Below are positions 19,629-29,920 of a DNA stretch of 64,000 nucleotides, in pieces. This DNA is from Gemmatimonadota bacterium (GTDB taxonomy: Bacteria; Latescibacterota; UBA2968; UBA8231). A program made the position numbers and the translations under genes. The notes under the pieces were generated by a model. The model had not been told where the DNA came from, made no database searches, and saw nothing but the letters and a program-made list of their open reading frames with translations. The stretch spans positions 1 to 64,000 of the forward strand of contig JAYPJE010000015.1 of assembly GCA_038128265.1 (NCBI GenBank). The letters are read 5' to 3'. How positions within the stretch are numbered: position 1 is the stretch's first letter; every line of letters starts with the position of its first letter.

Positions 19629-20876
19629 TCACGCGCGCTCGCCTTCTCTGCTGATCGGGTGCAGTCCGAAATAGGCGGCCATAATAATGCCGCTGGCCAT
19701 GCGTGCAGCGCCGGCCAGCCCGAAGGCGGCCCAATAGCCGTAGTCGATGATGAGCAGTCCTCCAAGAACGCTGCCAACAAAGTTGCACAGCTGGAAGCCG
19801 CAGACGCGGAAGCCCTGGATGCGCGCCCAGTAGCGCCGCGCTAAGACCTGGGTGGAAAAGTGCTGGTCGGCCGGATTGTCGACGACTTCGGCCGCGCGCG
19901 AAACGAGGAAGCTGAATACGGCGACCGGTAGGTTGACGATGCTGCCCATAGCCGCCAGTGCGATACCGCCAGCCGTGCGCGCCGGCAGAATGGTCAGCGT
20001 TGGACCGAAGCGGCGCACGAGCGAGGGCGCGCTAAACGTAGCCGGGAGTCCGGCCAGTTGGCTGAGGAAAAATATAGCGCCGATAGCGGCCGCTTCAACG
20101 TCGAGCTCCTCTTCAAAAAAAACGTTGAAAAACGGGTAGGTCAGCCCAAGGGCAAAGCCGCGCGTGCCGCTGAGTGCGGCGATTATGGCAAATAGGTGCC
20201 ACGGGCCGCCGTTTGCGCTGTCCGTTGAGGGTGCGGTATCCGGTTGTTGGTGACCGGCCTGTGCGGGCATGCGCAGCAGCGGCAGCGCCGAGATCAGCGA
20301 GCAGAGAGCGCCCAGCAGGAGGGCGTAGCGAAAGGGGTCCGGTAGATCGGTCGAGACATCGAGCAGATAGCCCATGGCGCCAGGGGTAAAGCCGCCGACC
20401 AGGCTCCACACCATGCGGACCACTACCTGCAGTGCCGACCACAGCGCTAGGGCTTCGGCGCGGCGCGTGGGGTGGGCATTGTCGGACAGAAAGGGAACGT
20501 GATTAACCCAGATGCAGCCGGTGGCGATGCCTCCTAGGAAAGAGAAGACCAGCAGCGGCAGCGCTGCGCTCGACAGGCACATACCCACCTGCGATACGGC
20601 CAGCAAGAGGCTCGATATCATCAGAAACGGCCGGCGGCCAAAGCGGTCGCTGAGCATGCCGATGGGCAGGGCGAATAGGCCCGTGGCCAGCGGTGCCATG
20701 CCGGCGACTTGTCCTATGAAATCTTCCTGGTAACTCAGGCGCAGCAGGTATAGGTTGTAGAGCAGCGTAAAGAGGGCCATTCCGGCATTGATGGCGATGC
20801 CGTAGGCAAAGAACAGGCGCACGTTGCGATTGAACTCGCGCAGGTGGAAGGCGCGTAGAAACGATGCTATGGGCAT
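19629..20876 (-). CDS. MFS transporter
   Basis: MFS motif A GMLSDRFGRR and multiple TM helices. Confidence 0.9.
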   Translation of the reverse strand: MPIASFLRAFHLREFNRNVRLFFAYGIAINAGMALFTLLYNLYLLRLSYQEDFIGQVAGMAPLATGLFALPIGMLSDRFGRRPFLMISSLLLAVSQVGMCLSSAALPLLVFSFLGGIATGCIWVNHVPFLSDNAHPTRRAEALALWSALQVVVRMVWSLVGGFTPGAMGYLLDVSTDLPDPFRYALLLGALCSLISALPLLRMPAQAGHQQPDTAPSTDSANGGPWHLFAIIAALSGTRGFALGLTYPFFNVFFEEELDVEAAAIGAIFFLSQLAGLPATFSAPSLVRRFGPTLTILPARTAGGIALAAMGSIVNLPVAVFSFLVSRAAEVVDNPADQHFSTQVLARRYWARIQGFRVCGFQLCNFVGSVLGGLLIIDYGYWAAFGLAGAARMASGIIMAAYFGLHPISREGERA

Positions 20877-20911
20877 GTGCGCGGGCTTGAGGGTAAGTGT
20901 GGAGCGGGCAT

Positions 20912-21970
20912 TTAAAAGCCCAGATTAGGGCCGCCCTGTCGGGGGCATAGCAGGCAGCGTGCGCGCGTGCTAAAGCCGGCGGCGGGCATCCAAGTCGGCG
21001 TCATATCGCGGCCGGGCGAAGGATAGATGGCCCGGCGCTGGCTGCCGTCGGCGCGCATAATCCATATGTCGGTTTGGCCGAACGCATCGGATGCATAGGC
21101 AATGTGGCTGCCGTCGGGAGAGAAGCTAGGTGCGGTGTCTCTGCTGGGTGAGCGCGTTAGGTTGATGGGATCGGTTCCATCTGAACGCATGATCCAGATA
21201 TCGGAAGGCCCGCTTCGATTGGAGGCAAAGGCGATATAGCTGCCATCGGGCGACCAGGCGGGCTCGGTGTCAAAAGACGGGCTGTTGGTCAGGCGCGTGA
21301 GGCGCTGGCCGTCGGCGTCGACGATAAATAGTTGGTGGTCAAAGTTGGGCGCGCGCCCCGGCTGCACAGTGGCCGCTTCTATGGCGGCTAGCTCGGCGCT
21401 GTCGATGCCGGCTGGCGCATAGGCGGCGCGGGCCGAAGCAAAAGCGATGCGTCGACTATCGGGCGACCAGGCTGGGTAGCCGTCAAATGCAGGGTGGTTG
21501 GTCAGGCGAACGGTATTCCGTCCGTCGGCATCCATCGCGTAAACCTCCCAATTGAGATCGCGCAGGGAGGCAAAGGCAATCTTGCTGCCATCGGGCGACC
21601 AGTCGGGGTGATAGTCGCCAATGGGAAATTGACTCAGATTGGATGCGTTGGTGTCGGCTAGGTCGAGGGTAAAGATTTCGTTGTTAAAAGGAACGCGCCC
21701 GGAGGCAAAGGCGATTTGCTGCCCGTCGGGCGAAAAGGAGGGATGTTGGTCGTCGCCGCTGCTGTGCGTGAGGCGCGTTGTCTGGCGACCATCGGCGTAG
21801 ACCAGGTAGATCTCAAAGTCGCCGTCGCGATCGGTGGCAAAGGCGATCATATCCGCGCTTGTCGAGTCGCCGGCGAAGGGATCGGTGCCCTGTTCGATCA
21901 GCGCGCAGCCAGCCAATAGGGCTACCTGCAGGGCGAGGAATGATGCAAGCGGCCCGTGCCTACAGACCAA
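20912..21970 (-). CDS. TolB-like PD40 beta-propeller lipoprotein
   Basis: Lipobox LAGC and repeated PxW/FSPDGxxIAFAS units. Start uncertain. Confidence 0.85.
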   Translation of the reverse strand: MVCRHGPLASFLALQVALLAGCALIEQGTDPFAGDSTSADMIAFATDRDGDFEIYLVYADGRQTTRLTHSSGDDQHPSFSPDGQQIAFASGRVPFNNEIFTLDLADTNASNLSQFPIGDYHPDWSPDGSKIAFASLRDLNWEVYAMDADGRNTVRLTNHPAFDGYPAWSPDSRRIAFASARAAYAPAGIDSAELAAIEAATVQPGRAPNFDHQLFIVDADGQRLTRLTNSPSFDTEPAWSPDGSYIAFASNRSGPSDIWIMRSDGTDPINLTRSPSRDTAPSFSPDGSHIAYASDAFGQTDIWIMRADGSQRRAIYPSPGRDMTPTWMPAAGFSTRARCLLCPRQGGPNLGF

Positions 21971-23333
21971 AATGCCCCATCCACCAGCTCAGGTAGTCTT
22001 CGTCTGTTAGGCCCGGGTCCAGGCCGCGTGCGCGCATGCGCTCGGCGAAGTTGCGTTCCATCTGCACGTCCTCTTGCGCTTGGATGTGTGGATCTTCGTC
22101 GAGCAGGCCGAGGTCGTTGCTCTGCAGCAGCCAGGCGTCGAGCCGGTCGGCGTGCTCGGCTAGCGCGTCCGCGTGCTGTGGATCGCCGGCCACATTGCAG
22201 ACTTCGTGTGGGTCGGCGCTCAGGTCGTAGAGCTCTTCGGCCGGTCGTTCAGAGGCCATAAAAGGCCGTTGGATTTCGTCGAGCTGGCCGCGCTCGTGCA
22301 GCACGTGCATCAGCGTCCACACCGGGTACTGGTGCTTTTTGTAGGCGTTGAACTGCATATAGGGACGCTCGGGCTGCAGGTTGCGGATATACTTATAGCG
22401 CGGCGTGCGCGCACAGCGGATGCGGTCGTCGGTACCGTCGCAGCGGTCGCGTGCGGCGAAAATGGCCGTACGCTCTTCGCTGGAGAAAAACGACTGGCCG
22501 TCCATATAGCTTGGTTTGGGGATATTGCTCAGGTGCAGTGCGCTGGCAGCAAAGTCGACGCCCGAGACTAAGCGGTCGTGCACGCAGTTGGCGTCGATGT
22601 GGCCCGGCCAGCGCACAATGCACGGCACGCGCAGCCCGCCGTCATAGAGAAACTGCTTGTCGCGCACGTGTGCGCGGCCGTGATCGCCGATGAAAAATAC
22701 AATGGTGTTGCGCGCTAGGTCTTCGTCCTCAAGGCGCTGCATAACGGCGCCGATTTTTCGATCGAGCACCTGAATGCTCTCGAGGTAGTGGGCCCAGTCG
22801 GCGCGCGCCAGCGGGTGGTCGGGATAGTACGGTGGCAGTTCGACGTCGGCTGGATTGATCGGGCGCTGGTCGTCGCGGACAAAGTCGCGATGCGTATCGG
22901 TGATGTTCATCTGGGCATAGAATGGCTGCCCCGGCGCGCGCTGCGACCAATCGGTGCCGTCAAAGGGCTTATCGATTGCAAAGTTAAAATCGGTTTTGCC
23001 GACCTTGTCGTAGGCGCCGGGGCCCGGACTGTTGCAGGTAAAGTAGCCGGCGCTGCGAAAGCAGTCAGTAATTAGGGGAATATCTTCGGGCAGCGGCGCA
23101 TCGCGCCGCGAGCGGTGATGGTGTGCGCCGATGCGCGTTTGGTAGCAGCCGGTGATAATGGCCGAACGCGAGGGCGAACAGACGGGGCAGGTGACAAACG
23201 CATTCCTAAAGGTCGTGCCCTCGGCGGCCAGCTGGTCTATGTGCGGCGTCCGCACGGCAGGAGTGCCATAGCACGCCAGATCGGGATAGAGGTCCTCGCC
23301 GTAAATCCACAATACGTTGGGTTGGGCTGTCAT
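21960..23333 (-). CDS. Sulfatase (formylglycine-dependent, Cys-type)
   Basis: Motifs PNVLWI, CSPSRSAIITG, GKTD and GDHG. Confidence 0.92.
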   Translation of the reverse strand: MTAQPNVLWIYGEDLYPDLACYGTPAVRTPHIDQLAAEGTTFRNAFVTCPVCSPSRSAIITGCYQTRIGAHHHRSRRDAPLPEDIPLITDCFRSAGYFTCNSPGPGAYDKVGKTDFNFAIDKPFDGTDWSQRAPGQPFYAQMNITDTHRDFVRDDQRPINPADVELPPYYPDHPLARADWAHYLESIQVLDRKIGAVMQRLEDEDLARNTIVFFIGDHGRAHVRDKQFLYDGGLRVPCIVRWPGHIDANCVHDRLVSGVDFAASALHLSNIPKPSYMDGQSFFSSEERTAIFAARDRCDGTDDRIRCARTPRYKYIRNLQPERPYMQFNAYKKHQYPVWTLMHVLHERGQLDEIQRPFMASERPAEELYDLSADPHEVCNVAGDPQHADALAEHADRLDAWLLQSNDLGLLDEDPHIQAQEDVQMERNFAERMRARGLDPGLTDEDYLSWWMGHFGL

Positions 23334-23454
23334 AAGATGCGGTCGTTAGCTCCAGGGCTTCGAATGGGCAGGGGAGAGAGGGCTAAAATATACTGTGCAA
23401 GCGGTGGCTGTTTCAAATGGTGCGTCGCATGGGCGCTGGTAGTGTAAAAACCGG

Positions 23455-24249
23455 TTATGCGGCGGCATTTGCCAGCAGGTCCAGCAGCGCTTCGTGTAGG
23501 GAGCCGTTGCTGGCCAGCAGCCCCTGTGCACCATCAAACAAGTTCAGCGTGCGTCCGTCTGCCCGGCTGACGCGCCCGCCCGCCTCTTCGACGATGAGCG
23601 CGGCGGCGGCGATATCCCAGGGCTCGAGGCCGGCATCAAAGTGCGCTTCGGCACGTCCGGCTGCCACGGCGCACAGCCCTGCGACGGCGCAGCCGGGGGC
23701 TCGCACCTGGCCGGCGGTGCGCGCTAGCGCGTCGTTGAGCCCCATGCACAGGTCGCGCTTGCTCGGTTTGGAAAAGTCGATGCCGACGAGGGCCTGCCCC
23801 AGTATATGCTGCCCAGAAACCTCCAGTGCCAGGCCGTTGCAGGTGGCGCCTGCGCCGCGCTGAGCCAAGTAGAGCTGGTCTAGGCCGGGAAGGGCGACGC
23901 CGCCCGCCAGCGGAACACCCCCCTCTGCGCAGGCCAGCGAAATGCCGAAGATGGGAAAGGCATCGCGCGCAAAGTTGTAGGTACCGTCGATGGGGTCGAT
24001 AATCCAACAGCGCGCGTCGGCTTCGGGTCTGGCAGCGTGTAACCCCTGTTCTTCGGCGACGATGGCCTCACCTGGGAAGTGCTCTGCAAGGCGGCTGACC
24101 AGCAGCTGCTGTACCTCGAGGTCGGCGCCGGTGAGAATGTCGGCCGCTTCTTTCTCTCTGTAGCGTAGAGCGTGGCGGTCTGCATACGACGTCTGCACCA
24201 GCGTTGCGGCGTCTCCCAGCACGCGTTGTATAAAAGCCAATTCACCCAT
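23455..24249 (-). CDS. Inositol monophosphatase family protein
   Basis: Motifs AEE, WIIDPIDGTYNF and PWDIAA...EAGG. Confidence 0.9.
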   Translation of the reverse strand: MGELAFIQRVLGDAATLVQTSYADRHALRYREKEAADILTGADLEVQQLLVSRLAEHFPGEAIVAEEQGLHAARPEADARCWIIDPIDGTYNFARDAFPIFGISLACAEGGVPLAGGVALPGLDQLYLAQRGAGATCNGLALEVSGQHILGQALVGIDFSKPSKRDLCMGLNDALARTAGQVRAPGCAVAGLCAVAAGRAEAHFDAGLEPWDIAAAALIVEEAGGRVSRADGRTLNLFDGAQGLLASNGSLHEALLDLLANAAA

Positions 24250-24987
24250 TCAGCGCGCTTCGTAGGCTTCGGCGCGGGTATGGGCGCGGCGTCCAGGGCA
24301 CAGCGCCTGCATGGCCGATGGCATGCGCGCGTAGGTTTCGGGGTGCACGGGCTGGTGTCCATTTTCTACCCAATTGTTGAACCAGCGCGGGTAGTAGGCG
24401 ATATTGAGGCCCATGCGCACGTCCGTCGAGGTGTTGGCGCGTGCCTGGTGCCACAGGCCGCCGTGCCACAGTAGAACGGAGCCAGCCGGTGCTTCAACTG
24501 GGATAATCCGCGCCGGATTGAGGTCGCTGGGGGGCGCTTTTTGACGCGTGGTATGGCTCATCGGCACTACGCCGGTCGCGCCGTTTTGCGCGGTAAAATC
24601 GCTCAGTGCCCAAATGCTGTTGATCATCCACGGCACGTCGGGGACCTGAAGAAACGACCCGGTCGAATCGGCGTGCAGCGCCTGAGCCGGTGCGCCGGGC
24701 CAGGTCGGCTTGGAACAGGCTTCGACGACGCGGCAGTTGGGGCCGAGAAAGTGGCGAGCGATCTCTACGACCTGCGGATGGCTCGCACAGCCCCAGACGC
24801 GCTCGTCCAGGTTGAGCATGCCAAAGAGCGTTTGGTAGTGCTCGTCGCCGACGATATGGGCGGCGTGGGACGGATCGGCGTGCAGTTCGAGACAGCGCTC
24901 GCCAAGGGCTAGGGCTTCGGTGCGCGGTATGGCGTTTTCCAGCAGGCAGTAGCCAAAGCACTCGAGGTGGCGAATGGCATCGTTCAT
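24250..24987 (-). CDS. PhyH family dioxygenase
   Basis: Motifs LHAD, NGATGVVPMSH and LWHQARAN. Confidence 0.9.
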   Translation of the reverse strand: MNDAIRHLECFGYCLLENAIPRTEALALGERCLELHADPSHAAHIVGDEHYQTLFGMLNLDERVWGCASHPQVVEIARHFLGPNCRVVEACSKPTWPGAPAQALHADSTGSFLQVPDVPWMINSIWALSDFTAQNGATGVVPMSHTTRQKAPPSDLNPARIIPVEAPAGSVLLWHGGLWHQARANTSTDVRMGLNIAYYPRWFNNWVENGHQPVHPETYARMPSAMQALCPGRRAHTRAEAYEAR

Positions 24988-25131
24988 GGTTTAGTTCTCT
25001 CGCAGTTTGGCCGGTCAATGTACGAAAGGATTGGCCTCTTGAAAAAGGGACGTGCAGGCCAAAAGGTGCTGCAGCGTTGTTGGGTCAAGTTATAGATGTA
25101 TTCCACGGGAAAGCAAGCGAGGAAAAAGAAA

Positions 25132-26778
25132 ATGGCCGCTGGTGTATTGGAAACGAGATTGCTGAGTTCGCTGAGCAAAGTATTTGCCGACCAGGAGTTG
25201 GGTGATGGCGCGTTTAGGCGCGCCTCGTGCCTGCGCGGCGAGGTGTTTTCGTTTCAGTTGGCCTATCGCGCGCAGGGATTGCTCAAGGGCATCGAAGTCA
25301 AAGTTGACTCGCCGCTCGAGCGCTACATCAGCGTGCGCGAGGTGGGCCTGGCGCCGTGCGAATTTCCGGGAGCGCGCTTTGACGACAACGTGCTGCGCAC
25401 GACGCCGGGTCTCTATCCGGATCCGCTCTATGACCTTGCGCGCGGCGCCGATGCACCGCCAAATCAGTGGCGCGCTCTATGGGTTCAGGTGCGCGTGCCC
25501 GGTCGTCGCATCTGCGGTCGGCACGAGATTGTCTTGCGCCTAGTGCACGGCGGCAACGAGATCGCTCGCGAGACCTTTGTTCTGGACGTTGTGGCGCAGG
25601 CGCTGCCGGCACAAAAGCTGGTCCATACCAGCTGGTTCCATGCCGACTGTATCGCGACCCACTACGGCGACCCGGTGTGGAGCCCCGCACACTGGCGGCG
25701 CGTAGAGCAGTTTATGCGCAGCGCCGTCGACCACGGCGTTAACCTGCTGCTCACGCCGCTTTTTACTCCGCCGCTCGATACGCAGGTCGGCGGCGAGCGG
25801 CCGACAGTGCAGCTGATTGGCGTCGAGAAACGGGGTGCATCGTATCGCTTTGACTTTCGCCGCCTGCGGCGCTGGGTGCAACTAGCCGATCGCTGTGGTG
25901 TGCGCTACTTTGAGATGGCCCATTTCTTCACCCAGTGGGGAGCGGCGCACTGTCCCAAGATCGTTGCCACCGTCGCCGGCAGAGAGCGCAAGATCTTTGG
26001 TTGGAAAGACAGCGCTTCGGGTGCGTCCTATCGCGCGTTTCTCGACCAGTTTCTGCCGCAGCTAGTGCGCTTTATTCGGGCCAATGGCCTCGAGCGCCGC
26101 GTGTATTTTCACGTCTCCGACGAGCCGCACAGAGACCATTTGGAGGCCTTTGCCAAAGCGGCCGCCATTGTCCATTCGCACCTGCGTGGATTCCCTTTTA
26201 TCGATGCGCTGTCCAATATTGAGTACTACGAGCGCGGCTTGGTGCGCCATCCCATTCCGGCGAGCAATCACATCGAACCCTTTGTAGAGAAGGGCATAAA
26301 AAATCTGTGGACCTATTATTGCGTATCGCAGTGGGATCGCGTGTCCAATCGATTTTTCTATATGCCGTCGGCGCGCAACCGCATTCTCGGCGCCCAGCTC
26401 TACAAATACGATCTGGCCGGTTTCCTGCAGTGGGGGTTTAATTTTTACTACGCTCAGTATTCGACGCGATCCGTCAATCCGTTTTTAGAGACCGATGCCG
26501 GCCGCGCCTTTCCTTCGGGCGACGCGTTTCTCGTCTATCCGGGAGTCGAAGGTCCGATCGATTCAATTCGCGGTCAGGTATTTCGCGAGGCGCTGCAGGA
26601 TCAGCGCGCGCTCCAGCTGTTGGAGAAGCTGCAGGGGCGCGCCAAAACGGTAGAGCTGCTGCAGCAGGGAGCCTCCAAGCCGATTACGATGAAGGAGTAT
26701 CCGCGTTCGACGGAATGGCTGTTGGCTATGCGCGAGCGCGTCAATCGGCGCATTGCCGCGCTGCTGCAAGCCAAATAA
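25132..26778 (+). CDS. DUF4091/GH123-like glycoside hydrolase
   Basis: Motifs WFHADC, TPPLDT, HFFTQWGA, SDEP, WTYYC, GFLQWGFN and GDAFLVYP. Confidence 0.75.
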   Translation: MAAGVLETRLLSSLSKVFADQELGDGAFRRASCLRGEVFSFQLAYRAQGLLKGIEVKVDSPLERYISVREVGLAPCEFPGARFDDNVLRTTPGLYPDPLYDLARGADAPPNQWRALWVQVRVPGRRICGRHEIVLRLVHGGNEIARETFVLDVVAQALPAQKLVHTSWFHADCIATHYGDPVWSPAHWRRVEQFMRSAVDHGVNLLLTPLFTPPLDTQVGGERPTVQLIGVEKRGASYRFDFRRLRRWVQLADRCGVRYFEMAHFFTQWGAAHCPKIVATVAGRERKIFGWKDSASGASYRAFLDQFLPQLVRFIRANGLERRVYFHVSDEPHRDHLEAFAKAAAIVHSHLRGFPFIDALSNIEYYERGLVRHPIPASNHIEPFVEKGIKNLWTYYCVSQWDRVSNRFFYMPSARNRILGAQLYKYDLAGFLQWGFNFYYAQYSTRSVNPFLETDAGRAFPSGDAFLVYPGVEGPIDSIRGQVFREALQDQRALQLLEKLQGRAKTVELLQQGASKPITMKEYPRSTEWLLAMRERVNRRIAALLQAK

Positions 26779-26805
26779 TGGGGTGCACACGACGGGAGAA
26801 ATGCC

Positions 26806-28014
26806 GTGCCAACACAGATACTGGCCGAGGTGCCGCTGCTCGGCGGGACGCATGAGATCACTATAGAGGGCACGCACATTGCCTCGCTGCGGCCCTCGTC
26901 GGCATCAACGGACCTGTGCGTCGGCCCGGCGCTTTTCGACATACAGGTCAACGGGTACGGTGGTCGCACCTGCCGCATTGCTTCGCAGGAGAAAGAAGAT
27001 GCGCTGACTTATATTGCGCGGCTGCTGCGCGAGCGCGGCGTTGGCTGGTGGTTGCCGACGATTACAACGGCTAGCGCAGAGGATTTGCTGACGGCCTTTA
27101 CCTGCTGCGGTCGCGCCTTAGACGCCGATGCCGATTTGGCGGCCTCTATTCCCGGGCTGCACCTGGAAGGACCCTACATATCGAACGTGGATGGTCCGCG
27201 CGGTGCGCACGGATTAGAGCACGTGCGTCTACCGGATTGGGACGAGGTGCAGCGGCTGGACGAGGCGTGCGGTGGGCGTATTCGCCTAGTGACGCTAGCG
27301 CCAGAAGTCGAAGGGGCCGTGCCCTTTATTAAGCAGTGCGTTGCCGCGGGTATGGTCGTGGCGATGGGCCATACGGATTTAGACCGCGAGTCGCTGGCGC
27401 GCGCAGTGGATGCCGGCGCAACGCTGTCGACGCATTTGGGCAACGGCGCTCACGACCAGCTGCAGCGGCACAACAACTATTTGTGGTATCAGCTAGCCGA
27501 GGAGCGCGTATACGCGTCGTTTATTGCCGACGGACAGCACCTGCCGCGCGAATGCCTGTACTCCATGCTGCGCGCCAAGGGGTTTGCGCGCTCAATTCTC
27601 ATCTCCGACTCAGTGCTTCTGGGTGGGATGAAGCCGGGAATTTACGGCGTGCGCGGACGCGATATTGAAATGCTGGAATCGGGGCGCATCGTCGTGCCCG
27701 GCACGCCAAATCTGGCCGGCAGCGGCAGCAATCTAAAAGAGTGCGTAGAATGGGCGACGCGCTCGGGGAATGTGGCGCACGGAGAGGCCTGGGCTATGGC
27801 CAGCACGAATCCTGCGCGCCTGCTGAGCTTGGACGACCGGCTGGGAATCGGTGAGGGCTGTGAAGCGACGCTGGCGGTCTACGAAAAGTCGGCTGACGGC
27901 GCGTCGATCGACGTGCGTCAGACTTGGGTTGCCGGTCGCTTGGTATTCGATGCCGCGCGCGACGCGCTGACGTCGATGCCGGAGGTGCCGCCCGACGCGG
28001 CTGCGCCCATTTGA
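26806..28014 (+). CDS. nagA: N-acetylhexosamine-6-phosphate deacetylase (amidohydrolase)
   Basis: Motifs DIQVNG, LPTITT, HLEGP, TLAPE, GHT, THLGNG, LISD and LAGS. Confidence 0.8.
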   Translation: MPTQILAEVPLLGGTHEITIEGTHIASLRPSSASTDLCVGPALFDIQVNGYGGRTCRIASQEKEDALTYIARLLRERGVGWWLPTITTASAEDLLTAFTCCGRALDADADLAASIPGLHLEGPYISNVDGPRGAHGLEHVRLPDWDEVQRLDEACGGRIRLVTLAPEVEGAVPFIKQCVAAGMVVAMGHTDLDRESLARAVDAGATLSTHLGNGAHDQLQRHNNYLWYQLAEERVYASFIADGQHLPRECLYSMLRAKGFARSILISDSVLLGGMKPGIYGVRGRDIEMLESGRIVVPGTPNLAGSGSNLKECVEWATRSGNVAHGEAWAMASTNPARLLSLDDRLGIGEGCEATLAVYEKSADGASIDVRQTWVAGRLVFDAARDALTSMPEVPPDAAAPI

Positions 28015-28044
28015 GCAATGAACCACCACTCGAAAGAGCGAGCA

Positions 28045-29850
28045 ATGAGCGATGAATTGCCCGGCGGCGTTCCCGATGGCCGCCATCTGCACAACGGCTG
28101 GGAGATTCCCAGCGAGGGCTATTGCGACCAGCCCTACGTCGTAAAGACGGATGATGGTGCTTGGCTGTGCATTATGACGACGGGGACGGGCCACGAAGGC
28201 GCGTCGGGACAGCACGTCGTATCGACGCGCAGCACCGACTGCGGCCGCACGTGGTCGCCCCTGGTCGACGTGGAGCCAGCGGACGGCCCAGAGGCATCCT
28301 ACGCGGTCCTATTAAAGGTTCCTTCGGGACGGGTCTACGCGTTTTACAACCACAATACAGACGACGTGCGCCGCGTTAAAGCGGATAATCCGCCCTATGC
28401 AGATGGCTATTGCACGCGCGTAGATAGCCTGGGGCATTTTGTATTCAAATACAGCGATGATCACGGTCTGAGCTGGTCTGCCAAGCGCTACGACGTGCCG
28501 GTGCGCGAAATGGAAATCGATCGGCAAAATGCCGACGGTGGCCGCCTGCGCTATTTTTGGAACGTCGGCAAGCCGATTATCGCGCACGGTGCGGCATTTG
28601 TTTCGCTGCACAAGGTGGGTGGCTTTGGCGACGGGTTTTTTACCAGCAATGAGGGCGTGCTGCTCCGCAGTGAGGACATATTAGCGGAGACCGATCCAAC
28701 GAAGATTAGCTGGGAGACGCTGCCCGAGGGCGAGTTCGGTCTGCGTGCTCCCGAGGGCGGTGGCACCGTGGCCTCAGAGCACAGCTACAGCGTGCTGTCG
28801 GACGGCTCATTTTACTGCGTTTATCGCACGATTGACGGTCATCCGGCCTGCACCTATTCGCGCGATGCAGGCCGAACGTGGTCCAAACCCGCCTACAAGC
28901 AATTCGCCGATGGGCGTCCCATGAAGCATCCGCGCGCGGCCAACTTTGCCTGGCGCTGTGCAAATGGCAAGTATCTCTACTGGTTTCACAACCACGGCGG
29001 GCGCTTTATAAGGGAGCACCCACAGCAGCGCTGGAATGCCTACCAGGACCGCAATCCAGTATGGCTGTGTGGCGGCATTGAGGTCGAAGGAGCGGAGGGC
29101 CATACAATACAGTGGACCCAGCCGGAAATAGCCCTCTACGACGACGACCCCTATATCCGCATGAGCTATCCAGACTTAGTCGAAGAAGGCGGCGAGTACT
29201 ATGTGACGGAGACGCAGAAAGACGTAGCGCGCGTGCATCGCCTGGACAAGGGACTGTTGGAAGGCCTCTGGAGCCAGTTTGAGCGCGCTGAGGTTGAGCG
29301 CGATGGGCTGCTATTTGAAATGGGCGCGGCCGGCCCGACGGTGTGCGATATGCCCGCGCTGCCGCTGCTCAATCGCCGCAGCGCCCACAGTCCCTACGGC
29401 ACAGAGGATCTGCGCGCCGGGTTTAGCATCGACGCATGGCTCTACCTCGACAGCTCTGTCGCCGGGCGCGTGCTATTGGATACGCGCCTCGAAAATGGCC
29501 AGGGGCTCGTGGTGCAGCACAAGGGCGGTGGCCAGCTAGAAATTGCCGTCGATGATGGCCGGACGCGCGCCAGCTGGGATAGCGATCCGCACGTCGTGAC
29601 CGTTGGCAAGCATCACCACGTTGTTATTGTGCTCGATGGGGGCCCCAAAATCATCACGTTTGTCGTCGATGGACACCTGTGCGACGGCGGCGACGTTCGT
29701 CAGTTTGGCTGGGGGCGCTTTAGTCCTCACCTGCGCCACGCCAACGGCAGCCCGCGCCTGTTGGTCGATGGGGCCGTGCAGGCGCTGCGCATTTATGGGC
29801 GCGCGCTGCGCACGTCAGAGGCTGTAGCGCACTTTCGTGCAGGATGGTAA
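28045..29850 (+). CDS. BNR/Asp-box (sialidase-like) hydrolase with C-terminal LamG-like domain
   Basis: Asp boxes STDCGRTW, SDDHGLSW and SRDAGRTW, YPD, and a C-terminal HHVVIVLDG...FVVDG...LRIYGRAL pattern. Confidence 0.75.
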   Translation: MSDELPGGVPDGRHLHNGWEIPSEGYCDQPYVVKTDDGAWLCIMTTGTGHEGASGQHVVSTRSTDCGRTWSPLVDVEPADGPEASYAVLLKVPSGRVYAFYNHNTDDVRRVKADNPPYADGYCTRVDSLGHFVFKYSDDHGLSWSAKRYDVPVREMEIDRQNADGGRLRYFWNVGKPIIAHGAAFVSLHKVGGFGDGFFTSNEGVLLRSEDILAETDPTKISWETLPEGEFGLRAPEGGGTVASEHSYSVLSDGSFYCVYRTIDGHPACTYSRDAGRTWSKPAYKQFADGRPMKHPRAANFAWRCANGKYLYWFHNHGGRFIREHPQQRWNAYQDRNPVWLCGGIEVEGAEGHTIQWTQPEIALYDDDPYIRMSYPDLVEEGGEYYVTETQKDVARVHRLDKGLLEGLWSQFERAEVERDGLLFEMGAAGPTVCDMPALPLLNRRSAHSPYGTEDLRAGFSIDAWLYLDSSVAGRVLLDTRLENGQGLVVQHKGGGQLEIAVDDGRTRASWDSDPHVVTVGKHHHVVIVLDGGPKIITFVVDGHLCDGGDVRQFGWGRFSPHLRHANGSPRLLVDGAVQALRIYGRALRTSEAVAHFRAGW

Positions 29851-29920
29851 GGTATCGTCTAGTGTCCTGGTCCTGTTTTCCATCGCATTTCAAACAACCT
29901 GTTTTTACGGATGGAATACC

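Noticed and set aside
20990..21850. Recurring GGGCGACCA-like repeats
   Set aside because: They encode PD40 (WSPDG) propeller repeats within a CDS, with no repeat-spacer structure.
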